DNA of 32,000 nt from Ruficoccus sp. ZRK36. Its GTDB lineage: Bacteria; Verrucomicrobiota; Verrucomicrobiia; Opitutales; Cerasicoccaceae. Below the pieces are notes generated by a model that was given only the letters and a program-made list of their open reading frames with translations, made no database searches and was not told the DNA's origin. A program made the position numbers and the translations under genes. Below, one piece after another: positions 16,555 through 26,053 of the stretch (positions are counted from its first letter, which is position 1; each line of letters starts with the position of its first letter). The stretch covers positions 3,627,436-3,659,435 of the forward strand of contig NZ_CP080649.1 in NCBI RefSeq assembly GCF_019603315.1. The letters are read 5' to 3'.

Positions 16555-16658
16555 TATCCACATAGCTGTGCCTATCAGTGTTACCGATATAACACGAGAG
16601 GCATGAGTTTTCCACCAGATCAGGCTGGCGTGGCGAAAAGTCACAAGAGCTACGATAC

Positions 16659-17093
16659 CTACTCCTTGGTGCGGCAGTCTTCGCAGACACCGTAGAGCTC
16701 AAGTACGTGGTGGACGTCTTCGTAGCCGAGGTTTTTCGCTAAAGCTTCGAGTTTTTCCGCCTCACAGAAATCGAGTTTCTCGGCGCGGTGGCACTTACGG
16801 CAAATGATGTGGTGGTGATGGTGATTTTCCTCCACCAGCTCGTAGAGAGCCTTACCGGACTCCAGGGTGAAACGCTGGACAATCCCTGCCTTTTCAAAAG
16901 CTTCCAGACTGCGATAAATCGTTACCAGATCGGCCTTTTCGGCCCCGACCATCTGGTGGACCTGCTCAGCCGACAGCGGCTTCGACTCCTGCACGAGCAC
17001 GTTCAGCATGGCCTTGCGTGGCTCCGTGATTCGGTAGTGCTCACGTCGAAGGACATCCAGTGCGTCGTCGATTCGGGGTTTCTCGTGTGTCAT
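16659..17093 (-). CDS. Fur-family metalloregulator (Fur/Zur/PerR type)
   Basis: N-terminal winged-helix region (RITEPRKAMLNVL...SAEQV...DLVTIYRSLEAFEKAGIV), then HHHHHIICRKCH and GVCEDC (two CxxC pairs). ATG 17093 (MTHEKP) is preferred; the track start at 17132 is a GTG. The subclass cannot be assigned by eye. Confidence 0.85.
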   Translation of the reverse strand: MTHEKPRIDDALDVLRREHYRITEPRKAMLNVLVQESKPLSAEQVHQMVGAEKADLVTIYRSLEAFEKAGIVQRFTLESGKALYELVEENHHHHHIICRKCHRAEKLDFCEAEKLEALAKNLGYEDVHHVLELYGVCEDCRTKE

Positions 17094-17223
17094 GGGAATA
17101 AAACAGTATACCTCGAATATGGATTCATCCACGCCTCATGGCAAGGGCGCGAATCGCTTTATTTATACCCATTCTAAAAAGCGCTACTTATCCCGACGTG
17201 AGGCTAACGCTCACAAGATAGCA

Positions 17224-18522
17224 TCAAACAGCAATCCGTACGCCCCGCCGCATAAAGGTCGGCACGTCCAGATCCTCGCCCTCGAAGATGTTTCGCTCGG
17301 TCTTCTCGAAGTAGCCCCGCTGCTCCTCCTCGGAGACAAACATAAACTCCTCCTGGCAATCGGTTTCGCGGCCGGGCTCCCCCTTCTTGAGTTTCGATTT
17401 GTGGACCGGGTGGACGGTCTGGGTGGCGGAGGCCGTCCGCATGATGGGCTCTTCCGGTTCCTCTTCGTCCTCGATAGCGGGCGGAGGCGTCGGAGCGGCC
17501 TTGCGAACCGGCTGGCGCACATAGCGGCTCCCGGCCACATCGGTCGTACCAATCACACAAATGTCCACCGTCTGCTGGAGGCTCTCGTCGATCACCGCCC
17601 CCAGGATCGTATTCTCACGGCTGCCGAACTGCTCGCTCACCACGGCCATGATCTCGTTGACCTGGCGAATGCCCAAGTCTGTGCCGCCCACGATGTTGAC
17701 CAGCACGCGGTCAGCCTTGCGGGCGTACTCGGGCAGGTTGAGCAGTGGGCAGGCCTTAAGGTCTTCGATGGCCGCGGACACGCAGTTTTCGCCTTCACCA
17801 TGGCCGAGCCCAAAGAGCGTCTTGCCGCCCTGGTTATAGAAAGCCTTGCGGAGGGTGGCGAAGTCCAGATTGATCAACCCGGTCTGGGTCAGCATGGTGC
17901 AGATCGAGCGCACGCCGCGATCGATCCAGATATCCGCCTGGGCAAAGGCGTCGAGCACCGTCGCGTTGTCATCGAGCATCTGCATGAGCAGGTCGTTGGG
18001 CAGCGGGATGACCGCATCGCAGCTCTTGCGCAGGTCGCCGAGCGCATCCTCTGCCTGCTCGTGACGCTTGGCTCCCTCGATGGTAAACGGCAGGGTGACA
18101 AATGCGATGACGAGCGCGCCCTCTTCGGCGGCCAGCTTGGCCACCACGGGAGCCGCACCGCTGCCGGTGCCACCGCCCAGACCGACGAGCAGAAAAACCA
18201 AGTCCACCCCACGGAGCACGCCACGGATGGCATCGGCGTCCGCCTCGGCAGACTTCTTACCCAGCTCGCTTTCGCCCCCGGTGCTCAGGCCACGGGTGAC
18301 ATTGCGGCCGATCATGACCTTTTCGGGAAGCGGTGAGCTGGCCAAGGCCTGCGCATCGGTATTGAGGGCCGCGAGCTTGACTGAGCCGCCGCTGTCGAGC
18401 TGGAGCCGGTCCACCGCGTTGGTGCCCGCTCCGCCGATGCCGACGATCTTGATCCGGATGTTCTCGCCTTCGAGTTCGCCGCTGAACATCCCACCCTGCT
18501 TGCTGAAATTTTCGTTCTCCAT
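17224..18522 (-). CDS. ftsZ: Cell division GTPase FtsZ
   Basis: [14 protein letters not shown] and the tubulin signature [11 protein letters not shown]. Long disordered linker and conserved C-terminal peptide [16 protein letters not shown] lies about 10 nt upstream of the ATG. Confidence 0.97.
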   Translation of the reverse strand: MENENFSKQGGMFSGELEGENIRIKIVGIGGAGTNAVDRLQLDSGGSVKLAALNTDAQALASSPLPEKVMIGRNVTRGLSTGGESELGKKSAEADADAIRGVLRGVDLVFLLVGLGGGTGSGAAPVVAKLAAEEGALVIAFVTLPFTIEGAKRHEQAEDALGDLRKSCDAVIPLPNDLLMQMLDDNATVLDAFAQADIWIDRGVRSICTMLTQTGLINLDFATLRKAFYNQGGKTLFGLGHGEGENCVSAAIEDLKACPLLNLPEYARKADRVLVNIVGGTDLGIRQVNEIMAVVSEQFGSRENTILGAVIDESLQQTVDICVIGTTDVAGSRYVRQPVRKAAPTPPPAIEDEEEPEEPIMRTASATQTVHPVHKSKLKKGEPGRETDCQEEFMFVSEEEQRGYFEKTERNIFEGEDLDVPTFMRRGVRIAV

Positions 18523-18537
18523 CGCGCCTGCTCCCAG

Positions 18538-19749
18538 TTAGATTGAAAAGAGTTTGCTCACCTTTTTCATCAGCCCCTTCTCCGGCGGGGGGGCGACGAA
18601 TTCCTCCTGATGCTGGCCCGTCAGTGCGTAGTGCATCAGGCCAAGCGCCGTGCTGTAGCCGGGGCCGCGCAAGTCCTCGCGCACCCAATCCGGGTTACTG
18701 CCCATGCGCACCGGCAGGCCGAGCACCTTACCGGCCAGCTCAGGCAGGCCGGGCAGGACCGAGGCCCCGCCACTGAGCACCACGCCGCACGGGAGAAACT
18801 CCTCGGTGCAGGCCTCGCCCAGCTGTTTCTTTAAAATCTGGAAAACCTCCTCCAGTCGCAGCTGCATAATCTGCACCAGTGACTGACGCGAAAGGTAGCG
18901 ATCTCCGATCATCTGATCCCCGACCATCCAGACCTTTTCGCCCTTGTCATCCTTTTCCACAAAGGCCTTACCGAACTGCTTCTTGAGCTTCTCGGCGTAC
19001 TTGCGGTTGACCCGCAGGCCCAGCGTGAGGTCGTTAGTCAGGTGGTCGCCGCCGACCGGTACCACACCGGTGCGCTGGATGACTCCCTCGCGGTACACGG
19101 CCCAGTCCGTCGTGCCGCCGCCCATGTCGAGCACGAGCGCACCCCGGCGCTTTTCCTCGGCGGTCGCAATCATGCTGGCGGTGGCGATACTGGAGAGGAT
19201 CATGTCCTCCACCGGCAGCCCAAAGCCATTGATAATGTGGATGTGGTCGCGCACGCGGGCCTCGTCCCCATGGACGGACCAGTAGCTGACTTCGAGCTTC
19301 TCACCGACCTGCCCCAGTGGTTTCTCCACCGGTTGCCCGTCTAGCCGGAAACCATGCTTAATGTGGTGAATGTAAACGCGGTCGGCAGACACTTCCTTGC
19401 CCTTGGCATCCTCGATCACGCGCTGCACATCGGCGCGAGACACACGGTTGTCAGAGGCCGAGACATTGACCGAGCCCACGTGCCCGAAGCCCTCCAGATG
19501 CGCCCCAGTCTGCGAAAGATAAACCGCCTCGACCTGAACGCCCGCGCTTTTCTCAGCGCCCATGATGGCAGCGTGCACGCTGTTACTGGCCGCACGAAAG
19601 TCCACGATTTCGCCCTTTTTGACGCCCGAGCTCGAGCACTCCGCCATCCCGATCAGGTTCAGGCTGCGCCCGTTGACGATCTCTCCGATCAACGCCACCA
19701 CATGGGTGGTCCCGATTTCGACGGCTCCAACGATTTTGCTCTGGCTCAT
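18538..19749 (-). CDS. ftsA: Cell division protein FtsA (actin-like ATPase)
   Basis: 403 aa with actin-fold phosphate motifs ([32 protein letters not shown]) and a C-terminal amphipathic membrane-targeting helix ([12 protein letters not shown]). Located directly upstream of ftsZ. Confidence 0.93.
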   Translation of the reverse strand: MSQSKIVGAVEIGTTHVVALIGEIVNGRSLNLIGMAECSSSGVKKGEIVDFRAASNSVHAAIMGAEKSAGVQVEAVYLSQTGAHLEGFGHVGSVNVSASDNRVSRADVQRVIEDAKGKEVSADRVYIHHIKHGFRLDGQPVEKPLGQVGEKLEVSYWSVHGDEARVRDHIHIINGFGLPVEDMILSSIATASMIATAEEKRRGALVLDMGGGTTDWAVYREGVIQRTGVVPVGGDHLTNDLTLGLRVNRKYAEKLKKQFGKAFVEKDDKGEKVWMVGDQMIGDRYLSRQSLVQIMQLRLEEVFQILKKQLGEACTEEFLPCGVVLSGGASVLPGLPELAGKVLGLPVRMGSNPDWVREDLRGPGYSTALGLMHYALTGQHQEEFVAPPPEKGLMKKVSKLFSI

Positions 19750-19767
19750 AGGATCATGCGTTATCGG

Positions 19768-20697
19768 TTAGCGGTAGCGGCGGGTACGGTCCTGCCCCTG
19801 GGCGAGTTTGATAATGGGCTCCTGAAAGCTCAGGTCAATCCGTCGCACCGGGCCGATCTGTTTTTCTTCCAGATGGGCATAGATTTTACGCAGGCGCTCC
19901 AGCTGCCCATCGAAACCCGTGGGCGAAAAGATGATCTCGTGTTTGTCGCGGGTGACCACGCGGATGGTCGCGCCCAGCTCCTCGGGGTCGCCCGAGAAAT
20001 CACGCAGCGAGATAATCCTCCACTGGCTGTAAATCTCCGGGTAGCCGATCTGCGCCTGGTTCATCAGCTCGCAAACGGTTTCAACCCCCGGCACAGGCCC
20101 GTAGCGGTTTCCCTGCCGGGCGACCTGCGCGACATCGAGAAACGGCAGCGGCTCAAGCTGGTCGATCGCGTAGTGCGCGCCGCGGTAGACCACGCCCTCG
20201 GCATCCACGAGCCAGAGGCCCTTGCGCCCGGAGGCATCGACGATGACCAGCTTCTGCACCGGACGGCGCTCCTTCACACTGACCATGAGAGCATCGGGGA
20301 AGCGCTTCTCCACGGAAACTTCGCGGGTCTGCCCCTCCTCGGCGAGCTGGCTGCGGATCGCCTCAATATTAACATCGGCCAGCGCAATATCATCCGGCAG
20401 GTCGAGCCGTTCCATCAACCACTCGCGGGTCAGCACGCCGTCGGTCTGGAAATAGATGTTCCGGAGTGGCCCACTCGCACCGACCACGGAGAGCTTGTCG
20501 CTCTTAGTGTTGAGCAGGTACAGCCCGCCGCCGATCGCCCACAGTACGACGAGGATCGCCAGCACGGCACCGGTCATGCGCAGGCTGATCGCCCAGCGTC
20601 GCTTGCGGGCGACCTTGGTCTGGCCGCGTCCGGCCGAGCTCTGCTTGATGCTGTGCCAGGAGGAAGCTTTTTTCTTGGCTGGTTTTTTCTTGGCCAT
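19768..20697 (-). CDS. ftsQ: Cell division protein FtsQ (bitopic, POTRA-type)
   Basis: Basic cytoplasmic N-terminus (MAKKKPAKKK...), a single TM (GAVLAILVVLWAIGGGLYLL) and a periplasmic domain of typical size. Conserved ddl-ftsQ-ftsA position. The call relies partly on synteny. Confidence 0.8.
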   Translation of the reverse strand: MAKKKPAKKKASSWHSIKQSSAGRGQTKVARKRRWAISLRMTGAVLAILVVLWAIGGGLYLLNTKSDKLSVVGASGPLRNIYFQTDGVLTREWLMERLDLPDDIALADVNIEAIRSQLAEEGQTREVSVEKRFPDALMVSVKERRPVQKLVIVDASGRKGLWLVDAEGVVYRGAHYAIDQLEPLPFLDVAQVARQGNRYGPVPGVETVCELMNQAQIGYPEIYSQWRIISLRDFSGDPEELGATIRVVTRDKHEIIFSPTGFDGQLERLRKIYAHLEEKQIGPVRRIDLSFQEPIIKLAQGQDRTRRYR

Positions 20698-20700
20698 GGC

Positions 20701-21630
20701 TCAGGTGAGTTGAGGGTGCTTGCCGCGTCGCAGCGCCGGCTCAGTCATGCGCAGCGCCAGCGTCTCGAAGTCCAGCCCGCGGCAGGATGCGCTCTTCGGG
20801 AGCAGGCTGGTCGGCGTCAGGCCGGGGATGGTGTTGATTTCTAAAAAGTACGGGATGCCCTCCGGGGTCAGGATAAAGTCCACGCGCCCGAAGTCCCGGC
20901 AGCCACACGCCGCAAAGGCGCTCTCGGCAAAACCGCGGATGCGGGCGGCGAGTTCTTCCGGGACCTTGGCAGGAAACAGATACTCGGTCGAGCCCGGCGT
21001 GTACTTACGCTCGTAGTCGTAAACGCCACCCGTGGGAACGATCTCGACAATGCCCATCGCCTCACCACCAAGGATGCCGACCGTCATCTCGCGGCCGGCG
21101 ACAAAGGCCTCAGCCATCCAGCGGCCCGGCGTCAGCACGGTCAGTGCATGGGTGATTTCGGTCAATCCCCTGCACAGGTGTAGCCCCACGCTGCTCCCCT
21201 GATCCACAGGCTTCAGCACGAGGTGCTCACCGACTTCATGGGCAAGGTGTTCTGCCGTGGGCGCGTCAGCAGCGTCAAAGATAGCATCACCGGCGATGGC
21301 GAACCCCGAGTCCTTCACCGCTGCCTTTGTCGCGGTTTTGTCCATGCACAGGGCGCTGGCCTCTGGACCGGAACCGGCGTAGGAAAAGCCGCTCGCCTCC
21401 AGCAGGGCCTGGATCTGCCCGTCCTCGCCGAAGCTCCCGTGCAGCGCCGGGAAGACCACGGTCTTGTCGGCACGCAGCCCGGCAGGTAAGGCGGCATCTG
21501 CGAACTCGATCAAGGCCACGTCAAAGTGTTTTTCCAGCGCGGCGGCAATGCTGCGGCCGGAAACGAGCGAAACCTCGCGCTCGCTCGAAGGTCCGCCGCA
21601 CAGGACGCTGATGTGGGCACGCGTGCTCAT
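20701..21630 (-). CDS. ddl: D-alanine--D-alanine ligase
   Basis: ISVLCGGPSSEREVSLVSG and the ATP-grasp body (LVLKP..GSSVG, FLEINTIPG). ATG 21630 overlaps the upstream TGA (ATGA). The track start at 21645 is an alternative upstream start. Confidence 0.93.
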   Translation of the reverse strand: MSTRAHISVLCGGPSSEREVSLVSGRSIAAALEKHFDVALIEFADAALPAGLRADKTVVFPALHGSFGEDGQIQALLEASGFSYAGSGPEASALCMDKTATKAAVKDSGFAIAGDAIFDAADAPTAEHLAHEVGEHLVLKPVDQGSSVGLHLCRGLTEITHALTVLTPGRWMAEAFVAGREMTVGILGGEAMGIVEIVPTGGVYDYERKYTPGSTEYLFPAKVPEELAARIRGFAESAFAACGCRDFGRVDFILTPEGIPYFLEINTIPGLTPTSLLPKSASCRGLDFETLALRMTEPALRRGKHPQLT

Positions 21631-23807
21631 AAAAGCTCCTCCCACTTCTGCCCGGCCAGCAGGACCTCGGGCTCCAGCTCCACTCCGCGCTCCCGGCGTG
21701 CCGTCTCGCGGATGCGACGGATAAGCCCGACCACGTCCGCCGAAGTCGCTCCGCCAGTGTTGATGATGAAATTCGCATGCACGGAGGAAACCTCCGCCGC
21801 CCCCTCGCGCAGCCCCTTCAGGCCCAGCTCGTCAATGATCTTGCCAGCGTGCCCGCCCTCGGGGTTTTTAAAGATGCAGCCCGCACTGGGTTCGCGCGGC
21901 TGGCTCTCCTTGCGGGTGCTCGCATAGCTGTCCATCCGCGCGCGAATGGCCGTATCCGGCTCCGTCTTTTGACTGGAAAAGACCGCTCCGAGCGCAAGGC
22001 CATCGGCGATTTCGCAGCACTTGCGGTAGCCAAAGTGGAACCGCTCGCGCGGCCAGACCTGTACCGTCCCGGCGGCATCAACGAAGATGACCTCCTCGAC
22101 CACATCAAAGATCCAGCCCCCCATGGCTCCGGCGTTCATGCGCAGCGAGCCGCCCACCGTGCCGGGGATGCCTTCCAGAAATTCGAAACCGCCCAGTCCG
22201 TGTTTGGCCGCAAAGCTACAGAGCTGCTTCAGGCGCACGCCAGCCCCGGCCAGGATACGCTCCTCGCCGTCGAGCTCCAGCCGCTGCCACGCAGCCTGCT
22301 TAAAGCCCAGCGCCAGCCCGTCGAATCCCTCGTCGGGCACGAGCAGATTAGAGCCACGCCCCAGGGGAAGCACCGGCAAGCCCACTTCGCGGGCCTCCCG
22401 CAGCAGGTAAGCCATATCGGCCTCATCAGCCGGCTCGGCATAGAAGCGGGCCGGACCGCCGATGCGGATCGTGGTTTTGCGGTCGAGGGGCTCGCCCAGC
22501 CGGATCACGGCCTCGGTTGACAGGCCCTCCTTCCAGCGCAGGGAAAGCTGGCGATCGCGGACAAAGCGCGCTGCCATCCGGTCAATATCACCCGCCCCAA
22601 CAAAGAGCAGCGTGCCGGGCATTTCCTCGGCCATGGCGCGGTCGAGCACACCGTTGAGGTCGCCGGGGGCGACAGCCTCCAGCTTGGCGGAACCGGCTTC
22701 CTGAAAGATTCGCTCCTCTGTCCCGCCTTGATCGAGCGGCTCACTGGCGGCATAGACCGGCAGCACCCACGCGCGATCAGCAGTATCGAGCACCTGGGCA
22801 AAATCCCGAGCAAACTGTCGCGTGCGGCTATAGCGGTGTGGCTGGAAAACGACCCAGACCGGCCCCTCGGATTCGCAGCGCATCATGCTGAGCAGAGCGC
22901 GAATCTCGGTGGGGTGATGCGCATAGTCGGCGATCACCTGCAGGGTTCCCTCGCGGTGAATCACATCCTGCCGGCGGCAAATGCCGGGAAAGCTCGACAG
23001 CGGATTTTCCGGGACGGTCCCGGCGATCAGCCGGCACGCCTGCAGCGCGGCGTTGGCGTTATCGAGATTGAAGTTGATACCGGGCGCCTCAAAGCGGATC
23101 ACCTCGGCCTTGATCTCCTCGTCGAAGGGAAACGCCTCGGGGAGCAGCACCCGCTCACTCGTACGGGCAAAAAGTCGTGCGAAGGCCGCCCGCAGGTCGG
23201 CCTCGGTGCGGTAGCGATCCGCGTGGTCCCAGTCGAGATTGACAACCACGGTGACGGCTGGGTCAAAGCCCTCAATCGTCCCGTCGCTCTCATCCACCTC
23301 GGCCACCAGCCAGGGTGAGCTGGCCGAGTAGTGGGCAGGCGACAGCGTCCCGCCGCCATTAAACAGTCCGCCCAGCACATAGCTAAAGTCGAACCCCACG
23401 CTGCGCAGCATATCGATCAGCATACCAGTCGTCGTGGTCTTGCCGTGGCTACCAGCGATCGCGACCAGCTTCTTACCCGCAGCCAGCCGGGCCAGAAGCT
23501 CGCCACGGCGCAGGCATGTTGCCTTCCCTTCTGCGACGGATTGCGCCAACAGCGGGTGCGCCAGGTCAACCGCGCTGGAGCGCACGATCAACGGCTTCGA
23601 GCCCGGAGCGGGCGTATTGGAAATTTCGATACCGTGCGCCTCCAACAGTTCGCGCACCGGGGCCTTCAGATTATCATCCCAACCGCGCACCCGACAGCCG
23701 GCCTGCGCCAGACAGATCGCCAGCGGGGCCATGCCCATGCCACCGATACCCAGCAGGAACACCTCCTCGGGGAGTGCCGTATGCGGTTGTTCGGGTGCCG
23801 TCATCAT
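21627..23807 (-). CDS. murC: Bifunctional MurC-MurB fusion: UDP-N-acetylmuramate--L-alanine ligase fused to UDP-N-acetylenolpyruvoylglucosamine reductase
   Basis: Single uninterrupted 726-aa ORF. The first ~418 aa form a Mur ligase (LLGIGGMGMAPLA, P-loop AGSHGKTTTTGM, DYAHHP, VFQPHRYSRT, GAGDI). Residues ~430-726 are MurB (TTIRIGGPARFYAEP, LPLGRGSNLLV, GGWIFD, VSSVHANFIINTGGATSADV). Confidence 0.9.
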   Translation of the reverse strand: MMTAPEQPHTALPEEVFLLGIGGMGMAPLAICLAQAGCRVRGWDDNLKAPVRELLEAHGIEISNTPAPGSKPLIVRSSAVDLAHPLLAQSVAEGKATCLRRGELLARLAAGKKLVAIAGSHGKTTTTGMLIDMLRSVGFDFSYVLGGLFNGGGTLSPAHYSASSPWLVAEVDESDGTIEGFDPAVTVVVNLDWDHADRYRTEADLRAAFARLFARTSERVLLPEAFPFDEEIKAEVIRFEAPGINFNLDNANAALQACRLIAGTVPENPLSSFPGICRRQDVIHREGTLQVIADYAHHPTEIRALLSMMRCESEGPVWVVFQPHRYSRTRQFARDFAQVLDTADRAWVLPVYAASEPLDQGGTEERIFQEAGSAKLEAVAPGDLNGVLDRAMAEEMPGTLLFVGAGDIDRMAARFVRDRQLSLRWKEGLSTEAVIRLGEPLDRKTTIRIGGPARFYAEPADEADMAYLLREAREVGLPVLPLGRGSNLLVPDEGFDGLALGFKQAAWQRLELDGEERILAGAGVRLKQLCSFAAKHGLGGFEFLEGIPGTVGGSLRMNAGAMGGWIFDVVEEVIFVDAAGTVQVWPRERFHFGYRKCCEIADGLALGAVFSSQKTEPDTAIRARMDSYASTRKESQPREPSAGCIFKNPEGGHAGKIIDELGLKGLREGAAEVSSVHANFIINTGGATSADVVGLIRRIRETARRERGVELEPEVLLAGQKWEELL

Positions 23808-24904
23808 GCGTGCTTGTGCTGAGCTGCGACACTCTCAAGATCGCTGACCATCAGCTCGATGGGGTTAATGCGGTCAAGACGCGCCAGATTATCGCGAATT
23901 TTGTTCAGCAGCCAGTCGTTGAAAATCGTATCGACGACCTCGTCCGTCAGGCGGCTGATGTCCTGCTGCTCGACGACGATCGTCCCGCCCTGCTGTTCGA
24001 AGAAATGGGCGTTGGCGCGCTGGTGGTCGTCCGCGGCATAGGGAAAGGGGACGATAATCGAGGGCACATGGCAGCGGATAAACTCTGCGATACTCCCCGC
24101 CCCCGCTCTGGAAACGACGAGGTCAGCCGCGCTAAGCACCTCCGCCATGCGGTCGCAGAAGGGTACGAAATAGCAGCGGGCCACCTGCCCGTCTTCGAGC
24201 TTGTGCTCCACCGTCCCCTGCGAGCCATTACGAAGACCGGTCAGGCAGTAGACGCTGATATTTTCCTGGGCGAGGCGCTCGAAGTTTTCCGTCACCCATT
24301 TATTCAGAGCGACAGCGCCCTGGCTGCCCCCAAAGACGAGGAGCAGCTTACCGGAGACCTGGATGCCGAGCTTCTGCCGGGCCACATCCTGCGGCAGGCG
24401 GCGGATCTCCCGGCGCACCGGGTAGCCCGAGTGGCGGACGGTCTGCGGCGGCAGGCTCTTGAGTTGGGTCCCCTCTGGCAGGTAAATACGTTGGGCCATG
24501 CCACTGAGCATGCGGATGGCGCGCCCGGCCCGGCGATTGGCCTCGTGCAGGACGATCGGATAGCCGAGGAGAAAACCTGCCAGCACCAAGCCCACGCTGA
24601 GAAAGCCCCCGAAACCCACGATGGCCGCCGGTTTATGCTTACGGATCAGGCGCAGGGCGAAAAGGAACGCGCGAGTCTGCTCCCACTGGAAACGCAGGAA
24701 GCCGAGCGGCTTCCAGGACATGCCGCAACCCGGCGAGCGCACGAAGTTCAGGTTCGGGTAGCTGTTCACCAGCCGCGAATCCACGTCCTTTTTGCTGATA
24801 ATCAGACAGCATTCGTGCCCGGCCTCACTCAGCCCTTCGGCTAACGCGATCCCCGGTGCAAGATGCCCGCCCGTTCCGCCACATGAGATCAGGAACAGGC
24901 TCAT
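23804..24904 (-). CDS. murG: Undecaprenyldiphospho-muramoylpentapeptide beta-N-acetylglucosaminyltransferase
   Basis: N-terminal SCGGTGGHLAPGIALAE (GGTGGH motif), C-terminal RAGAGSIAE and the GT28 fold. ATGA overlaps at both ends (24901-24904, 23804-23807). Confidence 0.95.
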   Translation of the reverse strand: MSLFLISCGGTGGHLAPGIALAEGLSEAGHECCLIISKKDVDSRLVNSYPNLNFVRSPGCGMSWKPLGFLRFQWEQTRAFLFALRLIRKHKPAAIVGFGGFLSVGLVLAGFLLGYPIVLHEANRRAGRAIRMLSGMAQRIYLPEGTQLKSLPPQTVRHSGYPVRREIRRLPQDVARQKLGIQVSGKLLLVFGGSQGAVALNKWVTENFERLAQENISVYCLTGLRNGSQGTVEHKLEDGQVARCYFVPFCDRMAEVLSAADLVVSRAGAGSIAEFIRCHVPSIIVPFPYAADDHQRANAHFFEQQGGTIVVEQQDISRLTDEVVDTIFNDWLLNKIRDNLARLDRINPIELMVSDLESVAAQHKHA

Positions 24905-26004
24905 AGATGTCGTGGCCGCTTCAGGGCCGGTTTTTGCCAGTGACGGAAACAGTTTAAAATCAGCCCGACCAGGATGAACATCACCACGAGGTTAGAACCC
25001 CCGTAGCTGATAAAGGGCAGGGACATGCCCTTCGTCGGAAGCAGGCCGGTCACGACCCCCATATTGATGAGGGCCTGAAAAGTCAGGAACCACAGGGCTC
25101 CACACACCAGCAGGAACTGGTACATATTCGGCGCACGGCGCAGGCTCCACACTCCGCACAGAAAGACCGTCAGGAACAAGGCCACCACGGTTGCTGTGGT
25201 GATAAAGCCCAGCTCCTCGCCGATCACGGGAAACACAAAGTCCGTGTGCGACTCGGGCAGATAGGAAAGTTGCTGGCGGCCATTACCGAGGCCGACACCG
25301 TCCACCCCCCCCGCTCCGAAAGCCAGGATCCCCTGCCAGAGCTGGTAGGCGCTGTCGGACTTGTTCGCCTCCACATCGAGAAACGACGTCACGCGGCGCA
25401 GCCGGATCGGGTCCAGATAGACGGCCACGCCAAAGAGCATGAGCGCCATCAGACCACTGGGGATCAGGAAAAGCAGACGCGTCCCGGCGACGAAGAGCAT
25501 ACACAGGCCGACGATGCCACACAGCGCCGTCGTCCCAAAGTCCGGCTCCAGCATGATCAGCCCGCAGAGCAGCCCCAAGCCGGTACATGGCAGGACAAAT
25601 CCCCACCAGAAGCTCTGTATCCGCCGCTGGTTCTGCGCCAGGAAGTGCGCCATCCCGAAGATCAGGGCCAGCTTACCCAGGTCCGAGACCTGCAGGCGCA
25701 TCATGCCCAGATCCAGCCAGCGGCTCGCACCGTTCACTTTTACACCGATGCCCGGCACCAATACCGCCACCAGCAGGAGCAGCACCGCCCCGACGAAGAC
25801 CCATGTCCCCTTGCGGACGGTATCCAGGTTCAGAAATGCGGTAAAAATCCCGGCCAGCAGCGCAAGAGCCAGCCAGAGACTTTGCCGTTGGAAGTAGAAG
25901 TACGGATTAGAGCTGAGCGACTTGCCGGCGCTGGAGAGTACCACCAGCCCGAGAAAAGTGAGCACTGCCACGCAGAGCGTCAGCACACTGCCGGCGCTCA
26001 CCAC
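24901..26004 (-). CDS. ftsW: SEDS-family peptidoglycan glycosyltransferase FtsW
   Basis: 367 aa, about 10 TM helices, with conserved SEDS blocks (LQVSDLGKLALI, LEPDFGT, PESHTDFVF, GLLPTKGMSLPFISYGGS). Apparent GTG start at 26004. Canonical position before murG. Confidence 0.9.
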   Translation of the reverse strand: MVSAGSVLTLCVAVLTFLGLVVLSSAGKSLSSNPYFYFQRQSLWLALALLAGIFTAFLNLDTVRKGTWVFVGAVLLLLVAVLVPGIGVKVNGASRWLDLGMMRLQVSDLGKLALIFGMAHFLAQNQRRIQSFWWGFVLPCTGLGLLCGLIMLEPDFGTTALCGIVGLCMLFVAGTRLLFLIPSGLMALMLFGVAVYLDPIRLRRVTSFLDVEANKSDSAYQLWQGILAFGAGGVDGVGLGNGRQQLSYLPESHTDFVFPVIGEELGFITTATVVALFLTVFLCGVWSLRRAPNMYQFLLVCGALWFLTFQALINMGVVTGLLPTKGMSLPFISYGGSNLVVMFILVGLILNCFRHWQKPALKRPRHL

Positions 26005-26053
26005 TCGGATATTTGTCGCTCGCGGTTTCAGATCCGTAATTCAAAGGGGGTTC

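Noticed and set aside
16608-16639. Imperfect hairpin flanked by TTTT and AAAA between the secreted-protein gene and the fur-family gene
   Set aside because: The T-run precedes the stem and the A-run follows it on both strands, which is the wrong orientation for an intrinsic terminator. The stem is also bulged and short.
17092-18336. 414-aa plus-strand ORF
   Set aside because: Antisense shadow of ftsZ, with a low-complexity Arg/Gly/Leu/His-rich product and no motifs.
19354-20844. 496-aa plus-strand ORF
   Set aside because: Antisense to ftsA and ftsQ and spanning their intergenic gap. This is a shadow ORF allowed by stop-codon depletion at high GC.
23516-24844. 442-aa plus-strand ORF
   Set aside because: Antisense shadow of murG and the murC 5' end. 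No recognisable domain.
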